Part shown: positions 8,642 to 18,408 of the stretch, one piece after another
How the letters are laid out: each line of letters starts with the position of its first letter
Numbering within the stretch: the first letter of the stretch is position 1
From: an uncultured Rhodospirillaceae bacterium
GTDB taxonomy: Bacteria > Pseudomonadota > Alphaproteobacteria > UBA2966
Assembly: GCA_964343605.1 (NCBI GenBank)
Contig: CAYFKJ010000008.1
Location: forward strand, 93,926-157,925
Direction: 5' to 3'
DNA: 64,000 nucleotides
Position numbers and translations under genes: made by a program
Notes under the pieces: generated by a model
Seen by the model: only the letters and a program-made list of their open reading frames with translations
Told to the model about the DNA's origin: nothing
The model's database searches: none

Positions 8642-10354
8642 TTACCTTGATCTCCAAGCCTGCGTTCTGATCGCAATCCCTCGTGTCAGGACGACGTGAA
8701 GTATGCGCATGCCGGCGCAGGTATAGGCAATCATCATGGCCATCGCCGCGGCCGGCGCGACGTCGCCCGCATCGTCCATGTTCAGTACCGCCACCGATGC
8801 GAGGGTGGTGTCGGAGGAGTAAAGGAAAACCACCGCCGAGACGGTCGTCATGGCATTGAGGAAGAGATAGATGGAGATATCAAACACGGCGGGCAGGCAG
8901 ACCGGTACGGTGACTCGTGTGAAGGTCTTGTAGAACGGCGCCTTGAGCGAGGCCGAAACGGATTCGAATTCGGGGTCCATCTGTTTCAGCGCCGTTACCG
9001 CCGTCAGGTGACTAACGGTGTAGAAGTGAACGATGGTGGCGACCACCAGGATGGTCATCGTGCCGTAAATGAAATGGAACGGATTGGCCGGGTTGTTGAA
9101 GAAGAAGATGTAGGCCAAACCCAGCACCAGACCCGGCACCGCCAGCGGCGTGATGGCGATCATGTGGAAGGCCGAGCGGCCGGCGATGAAGCCCCTTCCC
9201 TTCTCCATCAGATAGGCGCCGGAAAAAACGATTATGGTGCCGAAGAACGCCGTGTAGAGCGCCATTTCGATGGAATTCCAGAAGGCTTCCCAGCCGCCGC
9301 CGTCCATCACGTCGAAGTCGTAGTTGTTGAAGGCGAGTTCAAGATTGTAAGGCCAGAAGGTCACCAGCGCCGCATACTGCGCCATGCCGATCATGGCGAT
9401 GATGATGACGGCGATAGCGGAGCAGAACACCAGCATGGACATATCGCGCGCGCGGTCCGGCTTCGGTGTGTAGGGCACTGCGCGGGCGGACAACAGTGCC
9501 ACTTGTTTACGCTGCACGATGCGGTCGACGGAGAAGGCGATCACCGCCGGAACCAGAAGGACGACGGAAACCACCGCGCCCATCTGGAAATTCTGCTGCC
9601 CGATCACCTGTTTGTAGATGTCGGTGGCCAGCATGTTGTAGTTGCCGCCGATAACCTTGGGCACGCCGAAATCGGTGAATATCAGCGTAAAGACGACGAA
9701 ACCGGCGCTGATCAGGCCGTACTTGCAGCCCGGTATGGTAACCGTCAGAAACGTCTTGAGCTTGCTCGTCCGTAGAGCCTCGGCGGCTTCGTAAAGTCTG
9801 GCATCGGTGATCGACAGCGCCGTTACGACAATCATCAGGGCGTGGGGGAAGACCCAGTAGGCGGACCCCATGGTGATGCCGATGGGCCCGTAGATCTTCT
9901 CCCCCATCAGGAGCTCCTTGAGGACACCCTGATTGCCGAACCAGTAGATCAGGGAAATGCCGCCCAGCAGCGAGGGCGTCAGCAGCGGCACAACCGCGAC
10001 CAGCTTGAAGAACCATTTGAACGGCATGCAGGTTCGTGTCAGCGCGTAGGCGTAGAGGAAGGTCACGACCAACACGATGGCGGTGGTGAAGATCGAAATG
10101 GATAGGCTGTTGAAGGCGGAATTGAACAGGGCCGGCGTCGAAAAGTACTCGGCGAAGTTGGCCAGGCCGATGAAGTCGCCGTCCTTGTTCTCGACGCTTT
10201 TGGACATCATCGCATAAAGCGGGAAGAGCACGGCGACAAGCAGGAAAATGCCGATCAAAACCATGGTGGCGCGCATGATCCAGTCGTCGCGGCTCATCTT
10301 CGGCCGCACGAGAGCCCCCTTGTCAGGCTGGCCGGTTAGGGCGGCGTCCGCCAT
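8642..10354 (-). CDS. 2-aminoethylphosphonate-type ABC transporter permease
   Basis: Duplicated permease domains with EAA loop (LYEAAEALR); context. Confidence 0.88.
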   Translation of the reverse strand: MADAALTGQPDKGALVRPKMSRDDWIMRATMVLIGIFLLVAVLFPLYAMMSKSVENKDGDFIGLANFAEYFSTPALFNSAFNSLSISIFTTAIVLVVTFLYAYALTRTCMPFKWFFKLVAVVPLLTPSLLGGISLIYWFGNQGVLKELLMGEKIYGPIGITMGSAYWVFPHALMIVVTALSITDARLYEAAEALRTSKLKTFLTVTIPGCKYGLISAGFVVFTLIFTDFGVPKVIGGNYNMLATDIYKQVIGQQNFQMGAVVSVVLLVPAVIAFSVDRIVQRKQVALLSARAVPYTPKPDRARDMSMLVFCSAIAVIIIAMIGMAQYAALVTFWPYNLELAFNNYDFDVMDGGGWEAFWNSIEMALYTAFFGTIIVFSGAYLMEKGRGFIAGRSAFHMIAITPLAVPGLVLGLAYIFFFNNPANPFHFIYGTMTILVVATIVHFYTVSHLTAVTALKQMDPEFESVSASLKAPFYKTFTRVTVPVCLPAVFDISIYLFLNAMTTVSAVVFLYSSDTTLASVAVLNMDDAGDVAPAAAMAMMIAYTCAGMRILHVVLTRGIAIRTQAWRSR

Positions 10355-10357
10355 GGC

Positions 10358-11443
10358 TCAATCTTCCATCGCCGGATAAAGCCGGATGCGCTGGGCGGGC
10401 AGGCGGATCGGCAGCCTCGATCCTTCAGCGACGTTCTTCCGGCGCACCAGGTTGACGGAAAAATCGGCCCTCACCTCGTGGCCGGAAAAGGCCTCGCCGC
10501 CAAGTTCGGCGCGGTAAAACGATCCCATGAATTGGAGGTGGATGATCTCCGCATCGACGACATTGTCGTCGTGTTCCATGTCCTGGGCGTTGATGTCCTC
10601 GGGCCGGATCGCCACCGTCACCTTACCGCCGGCACCCATGCCGTCGGTATCGCAATCCAGCGGCGTGTCGCCGATAGTCACGCCCCCGTTCGCGCCCACC
10701 ACGCCGGGAATGAAATTCATCGAGCCGATGAAATCGGCCACAAACGATGTGGCGGGACTGCCGTAGATTTCCTCCGGCGTGCCGACCTGGTCGATCACGC
10801 CGTGGTTCATCACAACGACGCGGTCCGCCATCGTCAGCGCCTCTTCCTGATCGTGGGTGACCATGATCGTCGTCACACCCAAGCGGCGCTGCAGGTCCTT
10901 TATCTCGCTGCGCAAGTGAACGCGCACACGGGCATCCAGCGCGCTTAAGGGTTCGTCAAGCAGCAGCAGTCCCGGCGAGGTCGCCATGGCGCGCGCCAAG
11001 GCGACGCGCTGTTGTTGACCGCCTGAAAGCTGGGCGGGATATTTCTCCCCTTGATCGGGCAGTCCGACCAGATCGAGCAATTCCTTTACCCGGGAATTGA
11101 TCTCCGGTTTCGGCAGTTTGCGGTTCTCCAGACCGTAGGCGACGTTGCGCGTCACGCTTAGGTTGGGAAACAAGGCGTAGGACTGAAATACGATGCCGAA
11201 ATCGCGCTCCGATGGCGGCAGGGCGGAGATGTCCTTGCCGTCCTGCTCGATACGGCCGCTGGTCTGAATATCCAAACCCGCAATGGCGCGCAGCAAGGTC
11301 GTCTTGCCGCAACCCGACGGGCCCAGGAAGCAAACGAACTCGCCATCGTGAACGTCGAGCGAAATATCCTTCAACGCCGTGAATTCACCGAACTTCTTTA
11401 CGACGTTTTCGATCTTCAAATAGGGCTTGGCGGCGTTATCCAT
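10358..11443 (-). CDS. 2-aminoethylphosphonate-type ABC transporter ATPase
   Basis: GPSGCGKT, LSGGQQQR, LLLLDEP. Confidence 0.9.
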   Translation of the reverse strand: MDNAAKPYLKIENVVKKFGEFTALKDISLDVHDGEFVCFLGPSGCGKTTLLRAIAGLDIQTSGRIEQDGKDISALPPSERDFGIVFQSYALFPNLSVTRNVAYGLENRKLPKPEINSRVKELLDLVGLPDQGEKYPAQLSGGQQQRVALARAMATSPGLLLLDEPLSALDARVRVHLRSEIKDLQRRLGVTTIMVTHDQEEALTMADRVVVMNHGVIDQVGTPEEIYGSPATSFVADFIGSMNFIPGVVGANGGVTIGDTPLDCDTDGMGAGGKVTVAIRPEDINAQDMEHDDNVVDAEIIHLQFMGSFYRAELGGEAFSGHEVRADFSVNLVRRKNVAEGSRLPIRLPAQRIRLYPAMED

Positions 11444-11551
11444 TGGAAACAAATCCGATCGGTCAAGCACGGCCCCCCGGCCGCCCGGCGGTCAGAATAG
11501 AACGCCGAAGCTGCCGGGGGTAGATGCCGATTACGCGCTGAACTACCTGGG

Positions 11552-12589
11552 CTACTTTTTCGGTTCGGACTTGGAATCGTAGCGCTTCTGCCATTCGGCC
11601 AGAATGCGTTTGCGATTGGTGGCTGCCCACTCGAACTTGTTGTCGATCATGGCGTCCAGGATGCCTTCCGGGAAGTGCTTCACGGGTTTGGCCACGCCGG
11701 GATAGGCCACGACGGCATAGCCCTTGTTGTACATCACGTTGGCCTGTTTGGTGATCGTGAAGTCGACCAGTTTCTTGGCGGCCGCGAGCTTTTTGGTGCC
11801 CTTGACGATGGCCGTGGCTTCCATATCCCAGCCCACGCCTTCGCTCGGCAGGATGATTTCCAAAGGCGCGCCCTTGGCCTTGGACTTGGCGCCGCGGAAA
11901 GCGAACGAGATACCGATCGGCGTTTCGCCACTGGCGGCCTGCTTGCAAGGCTTGGAGCCAGAGTGCGTGTACCAGGCAATATTCTGGTGCAAGTCATCCA
12001 TGAACTTCCAGCCGCCATCCTCGCCGAACATCTGCAGCCAACTGGAGACGTCGAGGAAGCCGGTGCCCGAGGAGTTCGGGTTGGGCATCACCAAATGGCC
12101 CTTGTAAACGGGCTTGGTGAGGTCCTTCCAGGAGGTCGGAACGGGCAGATTGTGCTTTTTCGCCTCGACGGTGTTGTAACAGACGGAAGCGATCCAGGCG
12201 TCCATGCCGGTCCAGTGCGGCGGGTTGGCCGAGTCGACGAATTTCTTGTCGAGCTTGTCGACGCCGACCGGCGCATAAGGTTCGGTCATGCCTTCGGCCT
12301 TCAGCAGCATCAGACTTGTCGCCGCCAGTCCCCAGACGACGTCGGCCTTGGGATTGTCTTTCTCGGCCAGCAATTTAGCCGTGACGATGCCGGTGGAATC
12401 CCGCACCCACTTGATCTTGATGTCGGGGTTGGTCTTGTTGAATTCCTTGGCGTAGGCCTTCAGATCCTCAGCCTCGACGGCGGTATAAACCGTCAAATCG
12501 ACCGCCTGGGCGACGCTTGCCGCCGCCATAAAGCCCGCCGCCGTCATCAGCGCCGGAACGCTCCGGGTTACTTTGAACTTTTGCAACAT
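11552..12589 (-). CDS. aepX: 2-aminoethylphosphonate-type ABC substrate-binding protein
   Basis: Signal peptide; WVRDSTG, MPNPNSSGTG, YTHSGSKPC, GWDMEA motifs typical of this binding-protein family. Confidence 0.8.
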   Translation of the reverse strand: MLQKFKVTRSVPALMTAAGFMAAASVAQAVDLTVYTAVEAEDLKAYAKEFNKTNPDIKIKWVRDSTGIVTAKLLAEKDNPKADVVWGLAATSLMLLKAEGMTEPYAPVGVDKLDKKFVDSANPPHWTGMDAWIASVCYNTVEAKKHNLPVPTSWKDLTKPVYKGHLVMPNPNSSGTGFLDVSSWLQMFGEDGGWKFMDDLHQNIAWYTHSGSKPCKQAASGETPIGISFAFRGAKSKAKGAPLEIILPSEGVGWDMEATAIVKGTKKLAAAKKLVDFTITKQANVMYNKGYAVVAYPGVAKPVKHFPEGILDAMIDNKFEWAATNRKRILAEWQKRYDSKSEPKK

Positions 12590-12638
12590 CGCACTCTCCT
12601 TGTCCTCCAGTTGACGATATCGGCCTTTCCTAGCGGCC

Positions 12639-12660
12639 GATTGTGAAGGCCTTGTGACGT
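12639..12660 (-). promoter_or_regulatory. Candidate Pho box upstream of the transporter operon
   Basis: Minus strand ACGTCACAAGG-CCTTCACAATC, two 11-bp-phased TCACAA repeats about 50 bp upstream of the ATG. Confidence 0.45.
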
Positions 12661-12726
12661 CTTCGCCTTGCCGGCGTATTTTTCATCAAAAGACCTGTTT
12701 CGTAGCCGCCCGCGGGCGGCCAACCG

Positions 12727-13584
12727 CTATGCCGTCTTGGACGGAATAACGAGCTTCTCAATCCAGTTCCGCACCTCCGCTTGGCGGATGTCCTTGTTCA
12801 TGACGTCATCATCCAGGCCCAGCTTCCAGGCGACGTCCTTGCGGCTGGGATCCTGGTGCAGGGCCTCCAGTTGATCGACGAACTCCAGGGCGGCGTCGAC
12901 ATCCTGGAAGAAGCCCTTGTTGGTCAGTTTTTCCCGGCGGCAATAAACCAGGCGGGCCAATTCGTGCAGGTCGTATTCGGGATGATATTGCAGGCCCCAG
13001 AACACGCCCCCCTCATGCACGACCGACACGGCCTGCACCCGCGTGAAATCGTTCCCCGCCAGCAAAGTCGCGCCGGGCGGCAAGTGGGTGATCTCGTCGT
13101 CGTGGCTGATGAAGCCGTCGAAAACCGACTTTTTATTTGTGTAGAGCGGATGGCCCCGGCCCTCGGGCGTCAGAGCGATCTTTCGGGCGATGCCCATTTC
13201 CCTGCCCTTTGGGTGCGCGGCGACCACGCCGCCAGCGGCGACAACCGCGATCTGTGCTGCCCAGCAACTGCCGAAGGACGGCACGCCGGCCTCGAAGGCG
13301 GCATTGGCGAACTCGATCTGTCGCGTCACGTTTTTTTCGTCGTGATAAATGGTCAGGCTCGAGCCCGTCCAGGCGATACCGTCGTACTGATCCAGCGACT
13401 TGCCGTTCTCGAGCTCCGTATCGGGATCGGCGGGAAAGATGACGTCGACCTCGCAACCCGGCGCATTTTCCTTGAGCATGCGGTCGTAAAGCTGGCCCGC
13501 CGTCGAGGCGCCGCCTGCCTTCAGGTCCTCGCGGCCCTCTTTGGCGTATCCGTCGACTACCAGGAAGCGGAGCGTCGTTGTCAT
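12727..13584 (-). CDS. Type 1 glutamine amidotransferase-like protein (possible gamma-glutamyl-amide hydrolase)
   Basis: GSCWAAQ nucleophile elbow and QYHPE triad; start set at MTTTLRF. Confidence 0.85.
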   Translation of the reverse strand: MTTTLRFLVVDGYAKEGREDLKAGGASTAGQLYDRMLKENAPGCEVDVIFPADPDTELENGKSLDQYDGIAWTGSSLTIYHDEKNVTRQIEFANAAFEAGVPSFGSCWAAQIAVVAAGGVVAAHPKGREMGIARKIALTPEGRGHPLYTNKKSVFDGFISHDDEITHLPPGATLLAGNDFTRVQAVSVVHEGGVFWGLQYHPEYDLHELARLVYCRREKLTNKGFFQDVDAALEFVDQLEALHQDPSRKDVAWKLGLDDDVMNKDIRQAEVRNWIEKLVIPSKTA

Positions 13585-13613
13585 TTGCGTCGTTCCCCCG
13601 TGCCCAAGACGCT

Positions 13614-14369
13614 TCAGGCCGAAGCCAGCTGATCGATGATGGCGGGCAAATCCGCCGCCCGTTCGCAAATCGCGTCGGCCGTGGTGGTTTCCTTGTCTTC
13701 CGCCCGGGCTGCGGTAAACAGTACAGCCTTGGCGCCCAGCGCGTGCGGGCCTTTTATGTCGTTGTGATCGCGGTCGCCAATGTGGACGATTTCCGAAACA
13801 TCGACATCCAACTGCCGTGCCGCCGAATCAAACATGGCCCGGTGCGGTTTGGAGTGTCCGACCTCGTCCGAAAAGGCGAATCCTTGGAAATAGCGGCCAA
13901 GGTCGTAGGAATCGAGGATCTGGCGCAATCCCGTTCCCGGCGTCACGATGGCATCCGACACGATGCAGAGCTTGTACCGGCCGGAAAGGTCTTCAAGCGC
14001 ATCGCCGATACCGTCAATGGCGTTGGGCGGAATATCGACCTCCATGCGGCCGGTATCTTCCACCAGTTTCGCCATGACATCGCCCGGCAGGATGCGGCCG
14101 AGGCCATTTAGGACGACGCGCAGGCGTTGTTCCACGGTCCAGTTGATGTGGTTCTCGCGCCAGACCATGTTGAAACCGGCGTCGGCAACGTCATAGGCCA
14201 GGTCGACTTTTTCCTTGTCGATGTGGGCAACCGACTGCAGCGCCTCAAACATCAGTCGGCGCCGTTCCTCCTTTTTGCTCAACAAGCCCCGGGCCGCCCG
14301 TTTGGGCTCGTCGGAATCGTCATCGACGATGGTGTCCCAAAGATCGAATGTAACGGCCTTGATGCTCAT
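13614..14369 (-). CDS. HAD-superfamily hydrolase
   Basis: FDLWDT, VSD, SKP, HIGDRDHND motifs. Confidence 0.88.
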   Translation of the reverse strand: MSIKAVTFDLWDTIVDDDSDEPKRAARGLLSKKEERRRLMFEALQSVAHIDKEKVDLAYDVADAGFNMVWRENHINWTVEQRLRVVLNGLGRILPGDVMAKLVEDTGRMEVDIPPNAIDGIGDALEDLSGRYKLCIVSDAIVTPGTGLRQILDSYDLGRYFQGFAFSDEVGHSKPHRAMFDSAARQLDVDVSEIVHIGDRDHNDIKGPHALGAKAVLFTAARAEDKETTTADAICERAADLPAIIDQLASA

Positions 14370-14402
14370 GAACGATACCGCTTGGCAATGCTGATTGACC
14401 GA

Positions 14403-14431
14403 ATGGTAGTTACCAATGACTGAACAGTCAA
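14403..14431 (-). promoter_or_regulatory. Sigma70-type promoter for the HAD gene with overlapping palindromes
   Basis: TTGACT-N17-TACCAT on minus strand; palindromes TGACTG-AA-CAGTCA and TGGTA-GT-TACCA. Confidence 0.6.
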
Positions 14432-14444
14432 ACTCGAATCGGAT

Positions 14445-16091
14445 TCATTTCCCAGATTCAACCAACCTGCTGTCGGCCAACTCACCCGCCCGGTCGAGAA
14501 TCGGATAGGCCACGGAGGTGAGGTGGCTGCTGATTCTTTTCAAATCGCGCAGGACATCCACGTGCAGCGAGCTGGATTCAATGGACTCGGGCCGGCCCTG
14601 ACCGATTCGGGCATAATGGTTCTCCACGTACTCACGTTCGAGATCCCGTATGGCCGTTTTTTCGCGCAGCAGGCGGCGGGCGAGATCAAGGTCATCCGAT
14701 ATGAAAACGTTCAGCGCCAGCTCGAGGTTTGCCAGGACGCGTTCGTGGAATGCCGCCAGCTCTTCCGAGCCTTCGCTGGAAAAACTCAAGCGGCCCTTGA
14801 TCTTCTTGTTCGCGAGATCCATCAGGTTCTTGTCGATGATGTCGCCGATGTGCTCAAGGTTGGTCGTGAAGCTGAGTATCTCGATGTTGCGGGCGCTCTC
14901 CTGGGCGTCCAGTTCCTCCTTGCTAAGCTTGGTGAGGTAGAGCTTGATGGCTTCGTGCAACTGGTCGACGACATCGTCGCGCCGCTCGATCTCCTGCCTC
15001 AGGCCGGCGTTGTTGTGCTGCATCACGTCCATGCAGCCGACCAGCATGGTCTTTACTTCATCACCCATACGAAGGGTCTCGCGCGTAGCGCACGCCAGGG
15101 CCACGGGCGGTGTATCCAACGAGGCGGCGTCAAGATACAGGGGACGGCCGTTTTCGCTGTCGCCCGCCTTTTCGGGAAGAATGCGTCGCGACAGCGCGTC
15201 GATCAGGTTCAACAAAGGCAGGAAGACCAAGGCCAGCGCCAGATTGAATCCGGTGTGGAAGTTGGCGATCATGCGCTCGGGCGCTTCGCCGGCCACCGGT
15301 AAATAGGGTAGAATCAGATCCAGCGCCGGAAGGACGGCGAAAACGCCCAGCGCCCGCATGATGAGGTTGCCGAGCGGTGTCCTCCGCGCGGCGGGGTTCG
15401 ATCTCGCCGTGGCCCCGACCGCAATCATCGCGCCACCGAGATTGGCGCCAAGGACCATGGCCAGGGCCAGTTCGATGCCCAGCACCTGGCTCGACGCCAG
15501 GGACATCAGTAAAAGGATGACAGCCAGGCTCGAATGGGCCGCCCAGGTGATGGCCGCCGCGACGATGACAGCAAGCAGCAGTTCGTCCGCCATCGGTTGC
15601 AAAAGAACAAGCAATGTACTGCTCTCCCGCAGCGGCGCCGACGCCCCGACAATCAGTTGCAGTGCCAAAAGGATCAGGCCAAGGCCGATGGCCGATCGCG
15701 CCAGACTCCGACGCCTGCTTTTCTCCGACCCCAGGAAGGTGAAGACGCCCAGCGCTATGGCCAGGGGCGACAGCCAGCGCAAATCGAAAGAGAGTATCTG
15801 GGCCACCACGGTCGTGCCCACATCGGCGCCCAACATAATGGCTAGAGCCGCAGTCCCGGCAATCAAACCCTGGCCGGCGAACGAGGCCACCATGAGTCCC
15901 GTGGCCGTGCTGCTTTGGATGGCCGCGGTGACGCCGAAACCGGCGGCGAAGGCAATCAGACGATTGCGTGCCGACACCGACAACGCTTTCCTGAACTCGG
16001 CGCCGAACGACCTGGTCACGCCCGTCCGCACCATGCGGATTCCCCAGAGCAGCAACGCGATGCCGCCGACGATGCTGATCAAGGTCTGCAC
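14445..16091 (-). CDS. Na/Pi cotransporter family protein with C-terminal PhoU-like domains
   Basis: QSSTAT, GADVGTT, HSSLA, GANLG repeats; helical C-terminus with NLEHIGD. Confidence 0.9.
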   Translation of the reverse strand: MQTLISIVGGIALLLWGIRMVRTGVTRSFGAEFRKALSVSARNRLIAFAAGFGVTAAIQSSTATGLMVASFAGQGLIAGTAALAIMLGADVGTTVVAQILSFDLRWLSPLAIALGVFTFLGSEKSRRRSLARSAIGLGLILLALQLIVGASAPLRESSTLLVLLQPMADELLLAVIVAAAITWAAHSSLAVILLLMSLASSQVLGIELALAMVLGANLGGAMIAVGATARSNPAARRTPLGNLIMRALGVFAVLPALDLILPYLPVAGEAPERMIANFHTGFNLALALVFLPLLNLIDALSRRILPEKAGDSENGRPLYLDAASLDTPPVALACATRETLRMGDEVKTMLVGCMDVMQHNNAGLRQEIERRDDVVDQLHEAIKLYLTKLSKEELDAQESARNIEILSFTTNLEHIGDIIDKNLMDLANKKIKGRLSFSSEGSEELAAFHERVLANLELALNVFISDDLDLARRLLREKTAIRDLEREYVENHYARIGQGRPESIESSSLHVDVLRDLKRISSHLTSVAYPILDRAGELADSRLVESGK

Positions 16092-16097
16092 GGCGCC

Positions 16098-16865
16098 TTA
16101 CTCCGACGCGACGACGACTTCGACGTTGGCCTTGCGCAATGCCTTGCCGAATTCGCCCCCGGGATTTTCCTCGATGACCAGACGGTCGATACGGTCCAGC
16201 GGGCAGATCTCGAACAGCGCCGTCCGCCCGAGCTTGGTGGTATCGGCGAGTACCGTTACCGTGCGTGCCTGACGCAGCATGGCCCGGGCGATTTCCGCCT
16301 CGTCCACCAAGTAGCTGGTGAGCCCGTTCTCGATATCGAGCGCGCCGACCGCCAGCACGACATCGGAGGCATGAAACACGTGGATCTGTTCGACGGCCAG
16401 GGCGCCGAATGTGCAAGCGCTGTCCCCCGACTGCTGCCCACCGATCAGGAAGACCCGGTTGTTGGTCTCCGCCACTGCCAGGGTGTTGGCGATCACGCTG
16501 GAATTTGTGATGACACTGATGCCTTCGACCTTGGCCAAGTCCTCGGCGAAAAACACGGTGGTTGTGCCGGTATCGATGAACAAGGTATCGCCGAGTTCGA
16601 AGAGCTGGGCCGCCCGCTTGGCAATCTGCCGTTTCGCCCGGACGTTCTCCGTCATGCGTACGTTGTAGGCGCTTTCGCCGTCGACGTGGGGCAGTTCGGC
16701 GCCGCCGTGGAACTTGCGGATCTGGCCCTGCGTCGACAGCAAATTGAGGTCGCGGCGGATGGATTCACGGGAAACATCCAGCAGTCCGGCGAGGTCATCG
16801 ACCGTTATCCGCCCACGTTCCCTGACGAAATCCATAATCCGGCTGCGCCGGTCGGCTGGCCGCAT
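16098..16865 (-). CDS. DeoR/GlpR-family transcriptional regulator
   Basis: VSRESIRRDL HTH, HGGA, DTGTT, TNS; start set at MRPADRR. Confidence 0.9.
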   Translation of the reverse strand: MRPADRRSRIMDFVRERGRITVDDLAGLLDVSRESIRRDLNLLSTQGQIRKFHGGAELPHVDGESAYNVRMTENVRAKRQIAKRAAQLFELGDTLFIDTGTTTVFFAEDLAKVEGISVITNSSVIANTLAVAETNNRVFLIGGQQSGDSACTFGALAVEQIHVFHASDVVLAVGALDIENGLTSYLVDEAEIARAMLRQARTVTVLADTTKLGRTALFEICPLDRIDRLVIEENPGGEFGKALRKANVEVVVASE

Positions 16866-17004
16866 GCGCCCTCGCTTGCTGTGGTTTCCGAACCAGCCTT
16901 GTTGACCGTTCGGGCAAAATCTCATTCGTATTTGGTCAACCAATATTGACAAAACGCGGGGGCATTTGCAAATCTCGGATGGAAACCGGGCGAGGGAAAC
17001 CACG

Positions 17005-18366
17005 ATGGCCGAATACGATCTCAAGCAATTGAGCGCCGATGTCGATGCCGGCGTTATCGATACCGTTCTGACCTGTATGATCGATATGCAGGGCCGCCTT
17101 ATCGGCAAGCGGGTGACCGGAAAGTACTTTGTCGAGCGGGGCTGGCGCGAACTGCACGCCTGCGATTACCTGCTGACCGTGGATATGGAAATGGAACCGG
17201 TGCCCGGCTTCGAGGCCGCGTCGTGGGCCCAAGGCTACGGAGACTTCGAGATCAGACCCGACATGTCGACGCTGCGCCGCATACCCTGGCTGGAAGCGAC
17301 GGCGCTGGTACTGTGTGACTGCCTCGACCATCACGGCGAACCCGTTCCCCACGCGCCGAGATCGATCCTCAAGAAACAGGTCGAGCGCCTGAAGGAACGC
17401 GGCTTGACGGCTTTTACGGCGTCCGAGCTGGAATTTTACCTGTTCAACGAAACCTTCGCTTCCGCCGCCGAGAAGGACTACCGCAACCTCGTTACAGCGG
17501 CGACCTACATCGAGGATTACCACATCCTCCAGACAACCAAGGAAGAGCCGGTGATCCGCAGGATCAGGAACGACATGGAGGGCGCCGGCATTCCCATCGA
17601 GTTCTCCAAAGGCGAATGGGGGCCGGGACAGGAGGAGATCAACCTGCGCTACGCCGATGCGCTGGAAATGGCCGACCGGCACGTCATCTACAAGAACGGC
17701 GTCAAGGAAATCGCCCATGCCGAGGAAAAAGCCGTCACCTTCATGGCCAAGTGGCGCAGCGACCTGGCCGGCAGTAGCTGTCACATCCACCTCTCGTTGT
17801 GGGACAACGAAAAGGATTGCTCGGCCTTCCATGAAAACGGCGCCGATGACGACATGACGCCCTTGTTCCGCCAGTTCCTGGCGGGCCTCCTGAAGGCGAC
17901 ACCGGACATCACGGCGTTCCTCGCGCCCAACGTCAATTCCTACAAGCGCTTCCAAAGCGGCTCCTTCGCCCCCACCAAGATCATCTGGAGCCGGGACAAC
18001 CGCACGGCGGGCTATCGCATTCTCGGCCACGATGACGGCTTCCGCCTCGAGTGCCGGGTGCCCGGCGCCGACGTCAATCCCTACCTCGCCTATGCCGCCA
18101 TGATCGCCGCCGGACTGGACGGCGTGGAAAACCAACTGGAGATGCCGGCCGAGTTCGTCGGCAACGCCTATGATGACCAACAAATTCCCGAAATTCCCAA
18201 AACGCTGGTGGAGGCGGTCGGGGCCTTGGAGACATCGGAAGTCCTGAGAGGGGCGATGGGCGATCACGTAGTGGATCACTACGTCCATGCCGCCCGCTGG
18301 GAAATCGCGGAACACGACAAAGCCGTCACCGACTTCGAGCGGGCCAGGTTGTTCGAGCGCGGTTAA
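17005..18366 (+). CDS. Glutamine-synthetase-like gamma-glutamyl-amine ligase
   Basis: DMQGRLIGKR, ELEFYL, EWGPGQEEIN, GSSCHIH, DNRT, ECRVPGADVNPY; PuuA-like rather than GlnA. Confidence 0.88.
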   Translation: MAEYDLKQLSADVDAGVIDTVLTCMIDMQGRLIGKRVTGKYFVERGWRELHACDYLLTVDMEMEPVPGFEAASWAQGYGDFEIRPDMSTLRRIPWLEATALVLCDCLDHHGEPVPHAPRSILKKQVERLKERGLTAFTASELEFYLFNETFASAAEKDYRNLVTAATYIEDYHILQTTKEEPVIRRIRNDMEGAGIPIEFSKGEWGPGQEEINLRYADALEMADRHVIYKNGVKEIAHAEEKAVTFMAKWRSDLAGSSCHIHLSLWDNEKDCSAFHENGADDDMTPLFRQFLAGLLKATPDITAFLAPNVNSYKRFQSGSFAPTKIIWSRDNRTAGYRILGHDDGFRLECRVPGADVNPYLAYAAMIAAGLDGVENQLEMPAEFVGNAYDDQQIPEIPKTLVEAVGALETSEVLRGAMGDHVVDHYVHAARWEIAEHDKAVTDFERARLFERG

Positions 18367-18408
18367 TCAGCCTTCGATGTGGGATGCCGGCCCGTCAAGG
18401 GCGACGGC

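Noticed and set aside
17005..18366. Housekeeping glnA
   Set aside because: N-terminal motifs and catabolic context fit gamma-glutamyl-amine ligases better
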